Of a DNA stretch of 64,000 nucleotides, positions 13,301-26,468 are shown piece by piece; the first letter of the stretch is position 1; each line of letters opens with the position of its first letter. The notes beneath the pieces were generated by a model that was given only the letters and a program-made list of their open reading frames with translations, had not been told where the DNA came from and did not search any database. This DNA comes from Lama guanicoe. Lineage: Eukaryota. Where the stretch lies: NCBI GenBank assembly GCA_013239625.1, contig MU053376.1, forward strand, positions 2,282,507-2,346,506. The letters run 5' to 3'. The translations under genes and the position numbers were made by a program.

Positions 13301-13844
13301 GTGGGTCCCTCTTGTCTCTGAGGAGTGACTATAACACACAGCCTCCATCAGCAGGAGTAACGGTGTGGAACAGAGTTCTCTCAGTGTCTCTCCCTGTCCC
13401 CCACCCCTACTGATGCCCCTTCTGCACACAGTCTTTCTGAGAGTGAGAAATTAATTTCTGTTGTGTTAAGTCACTGAGATTTCAGAGTTAATCTGTGACA
13501 GCAAGCTAGTATTACCTAAACTAACATACTCAATAATAGAGGTGACTCTCTAGTTCTAATCATGTCTAATCCCAATTAATTAACCCTAGGTAGCTTCTGG
13601 GAAATCTGAAGAAAAAAATCATAGGATCTCTTTCTGTCTTGAGAGAAGGTGCTGACTCTTCATCTAGCAAAGAGATTGTGGGTAACAAAGCCATTTGATT
13701 CAGGATACAGTAATAAAAATGCTGTGATTCTGGAAGGATGGATTATTTGTTTTATAGTATTAATTTGAATTCATTCATTCATTCATAGTATTTTCCTACA
13801 GAAATAAGGGGAGAGGGAGGAGATGATTATCATGTGTTATAAAT

Positions 13845-14002
13845 ATATGCAAGATCTTGTGGTAGCTCACAGCGGAAAAAAAATGTGACAATGAATACAT
13901 GTATGTTCATGTATAATTGAAAAATTGTGCTCTACACTGGAATTTGACACAACATTTTAAAATGACTTTAACTCAATAAAAAAAAAGTTAAAAAAATTAA
14001 AA
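13845..14002 (+). mobile_element. 5'-truncated L1 3' end with polyA
   Basis: gatcttgtggtagctcacagc...actcAATAAAaaaa; homologous to the L1 3'UTR at 24440-24580. Confidence 0.75.
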
Positions 14003-14829
14003 CAATAGGAGAAGGCGGGGAAAGAAGGAAGCCAGTACAGCAAAATCAACCATCAAATAAACACCCCAGGCGTGGGGTCACCAAAGCCCAGGGAGCTACT
14101 GGTCAGGAACTTCCCTACCCTCCCTCCTTTCTGTGAATTCAAGATCTCACACAAAGCTTTGGCTTCTGGCAGTAAGTACAGAGTTTTATTTGTCCCATCT
14201 CCTGTTTAGCAAACTTCAGCCGCTGTGACATCTGCTGCTCCTGACAGGCGAGCATCTTTCTGTTCTCAGTCTCCCATTCGCTCCCAGTTTCTACATGGAG
14301 GCAGTCTCCCGTTGCCTCTCTCTACCTCTGGGCCGGAGTGGGATGCTAGATTATTGAACTGACGGCGTGTGAGCACGCCGAGGACGAGGCACCCGCCACT
14401 GGGATCCGGGGGAAGGCTCGTTTACGCTTCACCTTTCCGACGCGATGCTGGTTGTCATGACGGTGCTTAGGGAGACACTTGAGTCAGGAAGTGTCTGTAG
14501 ATGTGGGTGCAGAGTCATATTTTAGAGGAGCCTTCAAGTCACTCCTGGGAGACAAAGCACCCCAAATCAGAGGCTGATTTGAGGCTGGACTGTCAGTGGG
14601 TCATATTGCCTAGGGCAGAGAAATTCGGGCTCCCTCAACAAAACAAGCAGATGCTTTTACATGGTGCCTGTGGTGTGTGTGTGGGGAGGGCAGACTTGAG
14701 GTCTTTCTGGTCTAGAAAAGCTACTTGTTTCATATGGTCACTGGGCTGGTGCTTTAAGTCTTCTGTTCTCATCCTATATCCTTTTTCTGAGTGAACTGAC
14801 ATCCTCTCCTATGAGTTCAGTTTGTATTT

Positions 14830-15795
14830 ATATCTAGATGACACCAAGATCTGTGGCAACGTCTCCTGAAATCGAATTCGACGTCTCCATTTAGATATCT
14901 TAAAGTATCTCGACTGAACATATCCGAAATTGGGCTTTGCATCTTCTCCCTTTTTTTAAAAAACCTGGGCCTCCTCCAGCATTTCCAGTCTGCATCTATG
15001 GTACCACCAGTTGTCTCAGAGAGCCTTGATTTCTCCCTTCCCTTCACTGCCCACATCCAGCCAGCCATCAAATCTAATTGATGCTACTTCTGAACGATTG
15101 CGCAGAAGTGTCTGTGTAATTTCCTTTTGGGTTCAGGCCACTGTCTGTTTTTTTTTTTTTTTCCCAGCTTGGATGACTGTAACAGGGTTTGAACTGGTCG
15201 CCCAGTTCCTGGTCGTCTTCACCTTTAATCCGCTATCCACGTAGCAGCCAGAATGCAAATACAATCACGTTATTTCCCTGCTTACAACCCTCCACTGGAT
15301 TCCTTTAGGATGTGAGTCAACCTCCCTAACATGGCCTAATAGAAACTGTACGGCCTGACCCCTGCTTCCTTCTCAAGCCTCGTTTCTCTCTGGCCTCTTC
15401 TTACGCTCACACCTTCCCCCTTCTCCGCTGTTCCCTCAGCACAGCACACTGTTCCTTTCTCCCTTTGCCCAATTAACTGATACTCATATTTCAGGTTTCA
15501 GTCTAAATGTCCTCTCTCCTAGGGAGGCCTTTCCTGATCCGCTGTTGGCTTGCTCCCGTCAGTGACTGGTCTTCCACGTTGCACAACTCCGAGAGGTGAC
15601 AGTTGTAGTGTGTTGTGTGTGGACAGTGCCCCTGAAGTTGTGCAATGCCGTGACCGGGCACACTCATGCTTTGTTCCTCACTGTCATTATTTACTTGTCT
15701 TCCCTCCTGGGGCTGCAGGCACCACAGCTGTTTCTCTGCTATCTGCCTGGCACATAATAGAACTCAATCAATACCTGTTGAATTAATAAATGAAC
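14830..15795 (+). mobile_element. L2 remnant with 3' tail
   Basis: Pyrimidine-rich L2 motifs ending in gcctggcacataatag...tgttgaattaataaatgaa. Confidence 0.65.
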
Positions 15796-15796
15796 C

Positions 15797-16598
15797 TTTT
15801 TTATTGAAGTATAATCGAGTTACAACGTTGTGTTAATGTCTGGTGTACAGCATAGTGATTCAGTCAAAAATATATTTATTCCTTTTCATATTCATTTTCA
15901 TTATAGGCCATTACAAGGCATTGAATATAGTCCCCTGTGCTATACAGTAGGACCTTGTTGTTTATCTATTTTATATACAGTAGTTAGTATCTGCAAATCC
16001 CAAACTTCCGCTTTATCCTTCCCTACTCCCTTCCTCTCCAGTAACCATGAATTTGTTTTCTTTGTCTGTGAATCTGTTTCTGTTTCGTAAATAAGTTCAG
16101 TTGTGTCATTTCTTTAGATTTCACACACAGGTGATACCATATGATATTTTTCTTTCTCTTTCTGGCTTACTTCGCTTAGTATGACAATCTCCAGGTCCAT
16201 CCATGCTGCTGCAAATGACATTATTTTATTCTTTTTTATGGTTGAGTAGTATTCCATTGTATGTATAAACCATAACTTTATCCAGTCATCTGTCAATGGA
16301 CATTTAGGTTGGTTCCATGTCTTGGCTGTTGTAAATAGTGCTGCTGTGAACATAGGGGTGAGTGTATCTTTTCAAATTAGAGTTTCTGCCAGATATATGC
16401 CCAGGAATGGGATTGCTGGATCAAGTAAGTCTATTTTTAATTTTTTAAGGGATCTCCATACTGTTTTCCATAGTGGCTGCACCAAACTGCATTCCAACTA
16501 ACAGTGTAGGAGGGTCCCCTTTTCTCCACACCCTCTCCAGCATTTATTGTTTGTGAACTTTTTAATGATGGCCATTCTGACCGGTGTGAGGTGATACC
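15797..16598 (-). mobile_element. L1 fragment: ORF2 C-terminus plus 3'UTR
   Basis: Minus ORF 16114..16353 ([19 protein letters not shown]...WMDLEIVILSEVSQ) is the L1 ORF2 C-terminus; poly-T at 15797. Confidence 0.92.
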
Positions 16599-16644
16599 CG
16601 AGGTTCATCTTGGTCATCACCTGCTGTCTCCAGTCTCATCTAGT

Positions 16645-17605
16645 TCACATCTAGGTTTAACAAAGTCATCAAGGACCTTGTTGTTTCCATTATTCTGTCT
16701 GCTATTTTCTGCTTGTGATTTATCCTCTTAGACTGACTCCCCTTTTGGTCTCAAGAAGGCCTCAGAAATTCTAGGCTTCCAATGTGGACAACAATCAGAG
16801 GCAGAAAAAAAAGCCTGATTTTCTTGTTTATAAGAGTAAGGAAAACATTTCCCAGTAGTCCTGAAACAGGAGGGAAGGGGGCAGGGCACAACCATTGAAG
16901 GAATGACACAGCCATTGAGGACAGGACAAACTGGTTAGAACCAAGATGGCAGAAGGTTTGACCTCCAGTAGACCTTGAGCATCACTGCACAGGTGCTATG
17001 ACAGTTCCTAGGCTGACCATAAAACGTCAAAAAGTGGGCAGGGAGGGGATGTTTCCTGGAAATCCTCACCCCTTCCCCAAAGTAGTTGGAACAATCCTCC
17101 TACTCGTTAGCATATGAAATTACTGAGCCCATAAAACCTAACAGCTCTGCACCTTGTGGTCACTCTCTCTCTCTCGCCTTCTGAGACGCCCGCACTCTGT
17201 CTATGGAGTGTGCATCTACTTTTACTTTAAACTAAACACCCCACACCTCTCAGTCTCTCTCCCTCTCCCCTTTCTGAGATGGCCCACATTCTGCTTATGG
17301 AGTATGTATCTCTTAAGCTGTTTTCCCTTCTGAGTGAGATGGACCCCACTCTGTCTATGGAGTGTGTATCTCTCTACTATGTCTTGCTCTTGAATTCTTT
17401 CCTGCATGAGGCAAGAACCTATTCTCCTACCATGTTCCCTCAGCCAACCTCTCTTCATATCTCTTTGACCAGATTGTATCTCAAACCCTTTCCTAAGTCA
17501 GTCACTGGACAGGGGAAATAGAATTACCATCAGAGGGGCCCAGCTCCCCTAAAGCACATGGATGCTGACATCTGAACAAGATCAGGGTTTTGTTTTATTT
17601 TTTAT
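16645..17605. mobile_element. Old MLT1-type LTR split by the MER41-like LTR
   Basis: MLT1-like sequence on both sides (gaaaacatttcccag ... catatctctttgaccagattg; ctgaacaagatcaggg). Confidence 0.45.
16862..17432 (+). mobile_element. ERV1 solo LTR, MER41-like (cetartiodactyl type)
   Basis: TG...CA ends, ccaagatggc, GAS TTCCTGGAA, ttagcatat, three ctatggagt-like repeats, and a 3' end ttgaattctttcctg...caagaacc characteristic of MER41 relatives. Confidence 0.7.
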
Positions 17606-18154
17606 TATGAGAGATGGGGAGAATGGCAGCCAACAGCAGCTGCCATGTTCCCATCCCAGTTAGGATGCTAGGTTCTTGAGGTTTAATGCAGAAAATGGAG
17701 AGGTGCCATGGCCGCTACCACTTGCCTTGCCTGAGCTGGGGTCCTTGTCAGGATGTGCTGCCTATGCTAGGGTTAACCTGTGGTTGCTACGTTACTGGGA
17801 CCTGAGATTCTCATTAGAGCAATAGGTTGTGGGTTCAAACACATGATCTTCAAGGCAAGCCCTTACTATGGGCCTGGTATTGTGTGAGGCCAGTAGCACA
17901 GTATGTCATGTAATCCCCATGTCAATCTGCAAGTCAAGGACTTGCTATCTTCAGATAAGGGATTGAGATTAGGCAATTTACCCAAAGTTAGCAGTAAGTG
18001 GTAGAGTGGGGATCAGAAATCCGGTTAGTCTAAGTCTGCTGTGTGTATTTCTACCATTTATATTTCACTATCTCTTTCTTCCAATGTAGAGTTTCCATGA
18101 ATCTGGGAATAAGCTCAGGTATGTGACTCAGACCCTTGCTTCTCGAACTGTCTT

Positions 18155-18420
18155 TAACTAAGAACCAGATTTTTAAAAAATTCCAATCCATTATGGATCA
18201 ACATTTTAGTAAAATACAATAACAAGAATTACTAGGAAAACAAAATGGAAAAAAAATGATGAAGAGTTACAAAACACAAGCCCTGTTTCAATGATTGCAA
18301 TCTAACAAACAAAAAATACTCCGTCAAATTGCTGTTAAGTTTTCCAAGTATTTACCCTTCATTTCTGTACTTGCCTCACCACAGTCTGGTAACAGACAGT
18401 CGGTGGAGCAGCGCTGGTCT
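18155..18420. mobile_element. hAT-Charlie MER33-like DNA transposon remnant
   Basis: ttccaatcc...gtaaaatacaat...gaattacta...gtcaaattgct...atttctgtactt matches the MER33 consensus as recalled. Confidence 0.65.
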
Positions 18421-18629
18421 TCATGAAGGAAGAGTAATACAATGGTGGCACTTAGGCTAACAGATTGCTTGTTCTTATGCTTGCCCTTAGAACGGTCAAC
18501 AAACTTGACTGACAGGATGCTACCCACAGCTGTTGATCTTAGTGTTTCTACTTTATTCCAGTAACTGAAAGTAATAATTATGCTTGGTTTCTTGGTTTCC
18601 AAGGAGAAGATCACAGGATTTTAACCTTA

Positions 18630-18990
18630 CAAAATAGCCTGAATTACCAAGAAGACCACATCTTGGGTGCTTATAAGATAAAGAGTTGGAAAGAGTGACA
18701 ACCACCGGCGTCTATAGAATTGGTTGCCTGGAAGCGTCATGATGCCATTCTAAGTCTTCTGATGAAAAAATGATTCTGTTGATTGTTATCAAAGTTTTAT
18801 TGTTTGAGCTATGGCTATACAACCACCCCACCCCATCCCCAAGGTGGGCTCACAGTTTTGAAGGCACTAGGCTGCTGTGAACCCCCTTTGCCTGGCAGAG
18901 AAATAAAATTACCTCTTTTCGTCTAAGCACCAAGACCCTTTCTCTGGGTTATTTAGCTTTGTCGGGGATGGGGGCCGATCTTTTGGCAAC
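18630..18990 (+). mobile_element. ERV1 LTR-like element
   Basis: cccctttgcctggcagagaAATAAAa and 3' end gggccgatcttttggcaac. The 5' boundary is uncertain. Confidence 0.5.
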
Positions 18991-19699
18991 TTTCAGGCCA
19001 AAATGAGAAGCACTGATTTAGAAATTCTGCCTCTATTCTCCTTCCTAGACTGCCACGTGGGATGTCTGATGCTTGGAAGCCTCAACTGAGAAGAGGGTGA
19101 GAGAATTACTGGTTGTAATGTTGAGACAAACATCAGAGAAAGAGGTTAGACTTTGTACCGCTGTCTTCACGGGGACTTCTGTTTTCATCAACAGACTATT
19201 CTTGGGGAAACTCTTGATGGTGATTTTCTATCCTCCTGCTCTGTAGTAAGTGATAATATGTGAGACAGAACAGACTTGGGAAGTGGAGAACCCACATATC
19301 AGAGGAAGGATCTATGTTTGGAGGTTGGATGTGTCATTGGATGATGATTCATCTTGGCAAGAAATATACGCTTCTTGATTTGAGTGACTCTAGGGTTGCG
19401 TGTGGTTAAATGCTTGAGCATTGTTTTTTTCTGACGTAAGAATGACTTCACCCTGGGGAGGTTTATTTACAAATAACATTGGTCCTTTTATTTATTAGGA
19501 AATTCCAACAAATCCATATTAGGAAATCTTTTATGAAATATGAATCCATTCCTAAGACTGAGAAAAAGTCAAATGATCATCTGTCCAGGGTACGAAACTC
19601 TGAGAACTGCACACATGTGGAAGTAAGAATCCACTAGATGCCCCAGGACACTCAGATTTCTTCTGTCTCTCCCTTTTATTCACAAGTCATTTGCACACT

Positions 19700-22100
19700 T
19701 TTCTCAGTCTCTTCCTTGTACTGCCTTCTATTGACTTCCCTTCTTCTCCCATGAGCCTGATGAAATTCAGTGCCCTCAGGGATGACTTACCCAAAATGTG
19801 GCTTTTCAACCCCCATAGATCCAATGACCTTTGCCTCTGCCTTTACTCAGCCATCTGCTCTAGTGGTACAGCCTGGACTTTGTCATTCCTCAAAGCTGCC
19901 CTACTTCCAAAATCTCCCCATTTTGTCTTTCCACTCTGTCCCCCACCTCCTCTCCTTGGTGATTCAGATCCTACCACTGCAACTGTCCCTTGATCTCAGC
20001 AGGACCTCCAGTCCATTGGCTCATCCACATTATCCCTTTTTATCAGTTCTCTCCTGCCTCCACTGCCCTCATTATTCAGCTTTGAATCCTGGATCTGTCT
20101 TTCCGATCAGGCTCTTACCTGTACCCTCAACTTCCTCTCCCCTTTGCCCTACTCAACAGCAAAACAATTCTGCCTTCTATATATTCACCCTAGGCTGCCA
20201 AGGGAACCCTGAGAGAGGTGATATAATCAGGCAGACCACTTCAAGTCATGATTACCTACCCCAGCTGGGCTCAACACTGCCTGGAAATCTACCACGTTTC
20301 TCCAGAGCTGTTTGCTTTCCATGTGTTCTCAAATGTCATGTCAAAACTTTGTTCCTCTCCTCAAACCTCTCTTGCATCCTCTCCTCATTATTTACTCTTT
20401 TCAGAGAAAATAGAAACCATCTGATGGAAACAACCTCAGCTTCCTGCCGACAGATCTTCAAACCAAACTGCTTTTGTACCCACTGTCCCTACTTCCTTCC
20501 TGTTATTCAATGGAGGTGTTCTTCCTCCGTTCAAAGCCCTCCTTCCTTTTACCTCTGTGCCCTCCTGCTTTCTGAGCCACCTGTCTGCATCAGTTCTCCC
20601 ATTCACTCTTCTCTCTGTTTTCAATTTCTTTCCCTCCTCTATGGGCCCAGCGTCTTGAAAGAGTTGTTCACATGTGTCACCGCACCTTTCCACTTCCCAT
20701 GTGTATAACCCCATCTATCTCCCACCTCCCGCCGCTCCCCTGCATTCCTCTTGATAAAGTCACCGGTGTGCCCACTTGCTATATCCCATCAGGGGCTGTA
20801 TCGTCTTGATCTCACTTGACCTCCCAGTAGCACTTAATCCAGCCAACCTCTCCTTTTTCCCTTGAGGTAGTTTCTTTCCTGGTCCTCAGGGATGCCGCCC
20901 TCTCCTGGTATTCCTCTTCACCACTTGGGTCACTTTTTTCAAGTTTTTCTGCCAGCTTCTCCTGCTGAATTATAAGTATCTGGCTTCTCCAGGGCTCGGT
21001 TCTGGACCCTCTTCTTTTGTCTCTCTACATTCTTCCCCTCGGGGATTTTCTCCATCCCATGATTTCACTCACCATCTCTACAGCAGTGACACCCAGACTA
21101 CTGGGCTGTGTCTCCAGACTACACGTCCACGTCCAGATGACCGCTCTGGACGTATTTACTCAGTCTCAGGGGCACCTCCGACTCAAGGAGACCAGTGTAG
21201 AATGTGTGTCGTTCCTCTCCAAACCTGCTTCTTCTCTACCCAGCTGTTCAGGGCAAACATCTGAGGCTCACCTTGGTCATTGCCTGCTGTCTCCAGTCTC
21301 ATCTCAGTAGTTGCTGAATATCTGACCACTTGCCCTTCTCTCAGTTCTTACTTCTCACCACCTTAGTCCAGACTGCAATTCCCTCTTGTCTGGATTGGTA
21401 ACAAATGGCCCCAAATGGTCTCATTTAGAAGAAATAGATACACACTTCCTCCCTACCTAATAGCCTTCAATGGCTTCCCTTTGCTCTTACGTCAAAGTCT
21501 AAAAGCTTTACCCCTGCCTCTTGCTTCAAGCTCGTCTTACATCTCTCTGCCTCATGCATAATGTCCCTCACTTGTTGTGCCTCACCTTTCATTTATTTCC
21601 TTAAACAGTTCTGGTTCGGTCCTACTTCAAGGCCTCAGAACCTGAGACGGGATGGAGAGGTCAGAGGGTCTTGAAGAGGACCCAGGGTCCAGCTGTCAGT
21701 GCAAATTAGTATCAGTACAGATGGACCCTTGCTTCAGAGGTACCCCTCCTCCGTTCTTTGCAGTTCTGTGGGGTCTTTAAATACGTGGCTCTCTCTGCTT
21801 CAGATTCTCATCATCTCCCTGTTCATTGGCCAACTCCCACTGATCCTCCATGTCCAGCTGAGCATCGCCTCCTCCTGGAGGCCTCTCCCTAACCCTGAGT
21901 CTGGGTCAGTTGCTCTGTTAAAACCTCCTTCTCATTTAGTTGACATCACAATTACAATAAAATTGTGTAGTTAACTTTGTAATGTCTGTTTCCACCCTAG
22001 CTATTGAGTCCATGAAGCTAAACACCATGTCTGTCTTATTCACTGCTTTTTCTTTAGCGCCCAGCATGGTACTTAGAGCAGAGTAAGTTCTGAGTGAGCA
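19700..22100 (+). mobile_element. Long degraded L2 element
   Basis: C/T-rich L2 ORF2 and 3' remnants (cttgacctcccagtagcactt, ctctcctggtattcctc, agcgcccagcatggtact). Confidence 0.6.
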
Positions 22101-23948
22101 GACGGACATCTCGTACAGACTCTGACTGGGGACAAAGCCCAGGGGAAAAAACAGTCCGCCTCTGATTTGATTTGAGTCTCATTCTTGTTAGATGTGCGTG
22201 TAGAGATTATCCTGCAAGGGGACTAGATTCATTACTTATGCTGCAGACTAACCTCAGTTACTAATTCTGCCCTGGAGGAGGTACGTGATAGGGCTAGTTG
22301 GGGAACTGCTACCAACTTCCTGGACATAATCCAGAAAGACATCTTCAAATAGACATGAGATTCTGGGCCATATAGGGGACAAACTATAGGCTCTGTTATA
22401 TGATGACTTCTTGGTCTTGGAAGATTTATATATATTTTTTCTTTTCCTGAACAATGCTAAGGGGAAAAACAGGGCAGTAGGCTGTCTCATTTTGCAGGCT
22501 GTTAGCAGGAAAGCAACCAAAATAGCTAATGAACACATATGAGCAAAGCCCGGTATTGTAATCAAATAAAGCCTTCTACGTAGTTGATCTAATCTATATT
22601 TAATCATAGGTGTAACTATTATTGCTCAGAATGGAATTAGGCATCTATGTGAAGCAGTTCACTGGACTTCTGCAACTCTAATTCATATGTATTCATAATT
22701 CATATGTATACTTTTGAACTTCATCAAGCCAGGCATCTCTGAGACCAACTTTAGGCACACTCACAGAGATATCGCTTCCCCCTTTCCTTGCAGGGATGGT
22801 CCATTTTTGCCTTCCACTAGAAATGGTGGGTAGGTGGGTAGAAAGCTTTACAAGGAAAGGTGCAATTCTAGTGATCGGCACTCAAGGAGTGTCCAGCTGT
22901 TTTTCATGGTGTTAGCACCAATCTTACCATCTGGCCCTCTGTGAGTATTTTTCCAGATGTCTAAGGAATAAAGGTGCTTTAACTAAGTATTTACTCTGTG
23001 CTTTCCATGTATTTATGCCTTGATTTCTTATGATAACAACACCTTGAAGGAATGATAGTTCTCTCCATGTTAGGGAGAATCAGTAGGTGATGCCTCAAGG
23101 TCATGCAGCTTGGAGCCAAGGTTCGGCAGCCTCCAGATCCTGTATGCATCGTCCCTGTGCTGTGGATTCTTACAGGAATAAGGGGTACTCTGTGTTACTT
23201 TCCCTCAGGTCTTTTGTCTCCCCCATATCCTCTCCAGCCAGGGTCTTCAGCTTCTGGAAGCTCAGGGCTCTGTGGCTGCTCAGCCTTGCTGGGAGAGGGG
23301 AGCCGGTGGATGACTGAGAAGTTGTTTGGAAAATTCCCAGTGCAGACTTTGTAGACACAGAAATACATCCTGCAAGAGGAGTCAAGTGGGAATGGGCCTG
23401 GCTGATGGAAGGAATCTGACGCTGGAATTAGAAACTGTGGGCTTGGAAGGAACTCGGTGGTTTTGAGACTTTTGACCACCAAGGACTGCTGGGATTACTT
23501 TTCCTCCGAGGCTCTCTGTTAAACTATTTTGGCCGGTCACATATTTTTAAAGGTGATAATTCCATTTTCTCATTTTGTTAATCAAAGATATGATACATGA
23601 CTACCAAATAGAACTTTTAATCTGCAAGAGGCGACCCATTTTTCCATACAAAGTGGTTATTACTTTAGCCAAGTGTATGGAAGTGCTTTTTTTGAGCCCT
23701 TGCTGAGTTATGGGAGGTAGGGGTGACAAGGGTACAGTTCCCACTAGGCTTTTTCAAATTTCGGAAATTGTTCAAAGATAATCCTCTCCCTCACCATGAG
23801 CACCTTCGAGAACCCACATGAGCGTAGTGGCCCTAGGTGGAATCCATTGATCCAGACCTATTCCTTATTTTATTATAAGGAGTAAAAGGCCCAGACAGGA
23901 TAAATTAGATTTCCAAAGTCACTGAGTGAGTTAGTGCATAAAAAAAAT

Positions 23949-24581
23949 TGAACATTGGGATGTATGTATCTTTTCGAATTAGAGTTCTTTCTGGATAGAT
24001 GCCCAGAAGAGCACAGCAGTACAATTTACAATAGTCAAGACATGGCAACAGCCTAAATGTCCATCAACAGATGACTGGATAAAGAAGTTTGGTATATTTA
24101 TACAATGGAATACTACTCAGCCATAAAAAAGAATAAAATAATGCAATTTGTAGCAACATGGATGGACCTGAAGATCATCATTCTAAGTGAGATAAGCCAA
24201 AAAGAGAAAGAAAAATACCATATGATATCACTCATATGTGGAATCTGAAAAAAAAAAGAAGACACAAATGAACTTATTTGCAAAACAGAAACAGATTCAC
24301 AGACATAGAAAACAAACTTATGGTTACCAGGGAGAAATGGGTGGGAAGGGATAAACTGGGAGTTTGAGATTTGCAGATACTAACTACTCTACACAAAATA
24401 GATAAACAACAAGTCTCTACTGTACAGCACAGGGAACTATATTCAATGTCTTGCGGTAACCTGTAGTGAAAAAGAATATGAAAAGACATGTATGTATGTA
24501 CTTGTATGACTAAAACATGATGCTGTACACCGGAAATCGACACAGCATTGTAAACTGACTATACTTCAATTTAAAACAAAA
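23949..24581 (+). mobile_element. L1 3' fragment with inverted 5' segment
   Basis: 23949-~24011 is antisense L1 and 24012-24581 is sense L1 (ORF2 end, 3'UTR, A-tail), by comparison with the copy at 15797-16598. Confidence 0.88.
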
Positions 24582-25268
24582 TGAGGATTGAATAATGGAA
24601 CACATATCAGCTGGGACCCACGAGTGGCTCAGAGGTGTGGAGCTGACTGGTTCATTCTGCAGCTCATGCAAGTTCAAAAGATCTTCCTGCTGTTTTAAAT
24701 TCTGGGTGTATGTTCTTATGATCCAGCTCCTATTTGCTTCTGGTGTTATGTCTGCTGTCCCCCAAATCACCCCAGGCCTAAAGCTGGTCCCCACGTTCCG
24801 CAATTAAGTCCACACACACGAGGATTTTGTGGGGGAGACAAGCCATCAAATGGGCAGCTTCTGCCCTCTGGCCAGTCCTCTTCTTTTCTTCTTTCTTTTC
24901 ATCTCTGATCCCTTTCCCTTCCTGCCAGATTGTGCCTCCCAGCCAGAATGGAAGAACTCAGTCGTCTTTTCTTGGTTTGACTTCTCTCGATGGCTAGATA
25001 AGGTAACCACACTGTCAGAACAGATCTGGGCGCTCCTTTCTGGTCCCACCCTCCTCACCTCAGCAGCCAAGACAGAGTTTTTCATTCTCTGCTGATATCC
25101 AAACTCTGCTGTGAGGGGACCGACGGACAAGGGAGGAGATGACGTGGTTGCTCTTCTTAAAGAATAAAAATTTGAAAAAAAAAAGCTCCATCCAAACCTC
25201 GTCTCTACACTTCCTATCCTTCATGCCTTCGTGCCTGACACTCCATTTGACCCTTCAGTCACACCTGG

Positions 25269-25709
25269 TGTGTTAGCTCAGCGTGCTGCAACAAAATGGC
25301 ATAGGCTGGGCGTCTTAAACAAGAAAGAGTAACTTTCTCATAGTTCTGGAGGCTGGAAGTCCAAGGGGAAGGTGCCGGCAAGGTAGGTTTCATGCTGAGG
25401 CTTCTTCTCTTGGCTTGAGGCTTCTCTTGGCGCTGCTGTCTTGCTGTGTCCTCGCATGACCTCCTTTTCTCGTGCTGGGAGAGCGAGAAGGAGGTGGGGA
25501 GGGGGGGGGAGAGAGAAATGGAGCAAGGACACAGTGTGAGCCCCCTGCTGTCTCTCCTGACAGGAGCACTAATCCCATCCTGAGGGCCTCACCCTTATAA
25601 CCAGATCGAAGCCTAATGACTTCCCAAGGGACCGATCTCCAAACGCCATCGCACTGGGGCTTAGGGCTTTCATATATGAATTCTGAAGGGACACATTCCG
25701 TCTGTAACA
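25269..25709 (-). mobile_element. MaLR (MLT1A/B-like) solo LTR
   Basis: TG...CA ends with perfect 5-bp TSD CCTGG (25264-25268 and 25710-25714); tctcatagttctggaggctggaagtccaag motif. Confidence 0.85.
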
Positions 25710-25931
25710 CCTGGGAAAGAAGTTTTGCTAGTTTTCCAGATGAGAAACTGAGGCTCGGAGAAGTAAATACATTAGATGGCGCCTACAAGGGAGGACTGAA
25801 GGAGGGGCGCCCATTGTGGTGGCCCATCCATGCACACCAATGGCCACTCGAATCCTCCCCTTCCTCTCACCCACCCGGGAGCCTCATGGGCCATCCAGAT
25901 CAAAGCACTTTCTTCTAAGTTCTTAGAAGGA

Positions 25932-26468
25932 TGTAGTAGTTTTAAACCACATCCACAGAATCTGATACGCCTCCTTTCAAAACGTGGATTCTAATTCCTC
26001 TCCCCTTGAAGGTGAGCTGTACTTCCCAGCTCACTTCTACCAAATAGGAACATGGCAGAGTGATGGTATGAGATGCCTGAGATTGGAGCTAAAAGATACC
26101 ATGACTCCCCCTTGCTCTCTCTCTCAGATCGTTGGCTCAGGGGAAGACAGCTGACATGTCATGAAGACACTCAAGATGCTCTGTGGAGATGCTCACGTGG
26201 CAGGGAGCCACGGCCACCTGCCTATAGCCAGGGAGGAACTGAGGCCTCCCTCCAGCAGTCCTGGGAACGTGCCATCGTGGATGTAAGCTGTCCAGTCAAG
26301 ACTTCAAGTGGTTGCTACCTTGACTGTCATTTTGACCATGACCTCGTTATAGAGACTCTTATTGCTCCAAGATTCCTGACCTATGGAAATGGTGACATAA
26401 TAAATGTTTGTTGTTTTAAGCTGCTAAATTTGGCGGGGTGGTGGTGGCCACAATAGATAATTGGTACA
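25932..26468 (+). mobile_element. MaLR (MLT1E/F-like) solo LTR
   Basis: TG...CA ends, AATAAAtgtttgttgttttaagctgctaaatttgg, near-TSD AAGGA/AAGGG. Confidence 0.75.

Noticed and set aside
19770..20708. 312-aa ORF, the longest in the track
   Set aside because: GTG start, S/L/P/C-biased translation with no recognisable domain, inside a pyrimidine-rich L2 remnant.
22254..22607. 117-aa minus-strand ORF as a possible pseudogene
   Set aside because: No recognisable homology, polyA tail or TSD; a BLASTX search would be needed to revisit it.
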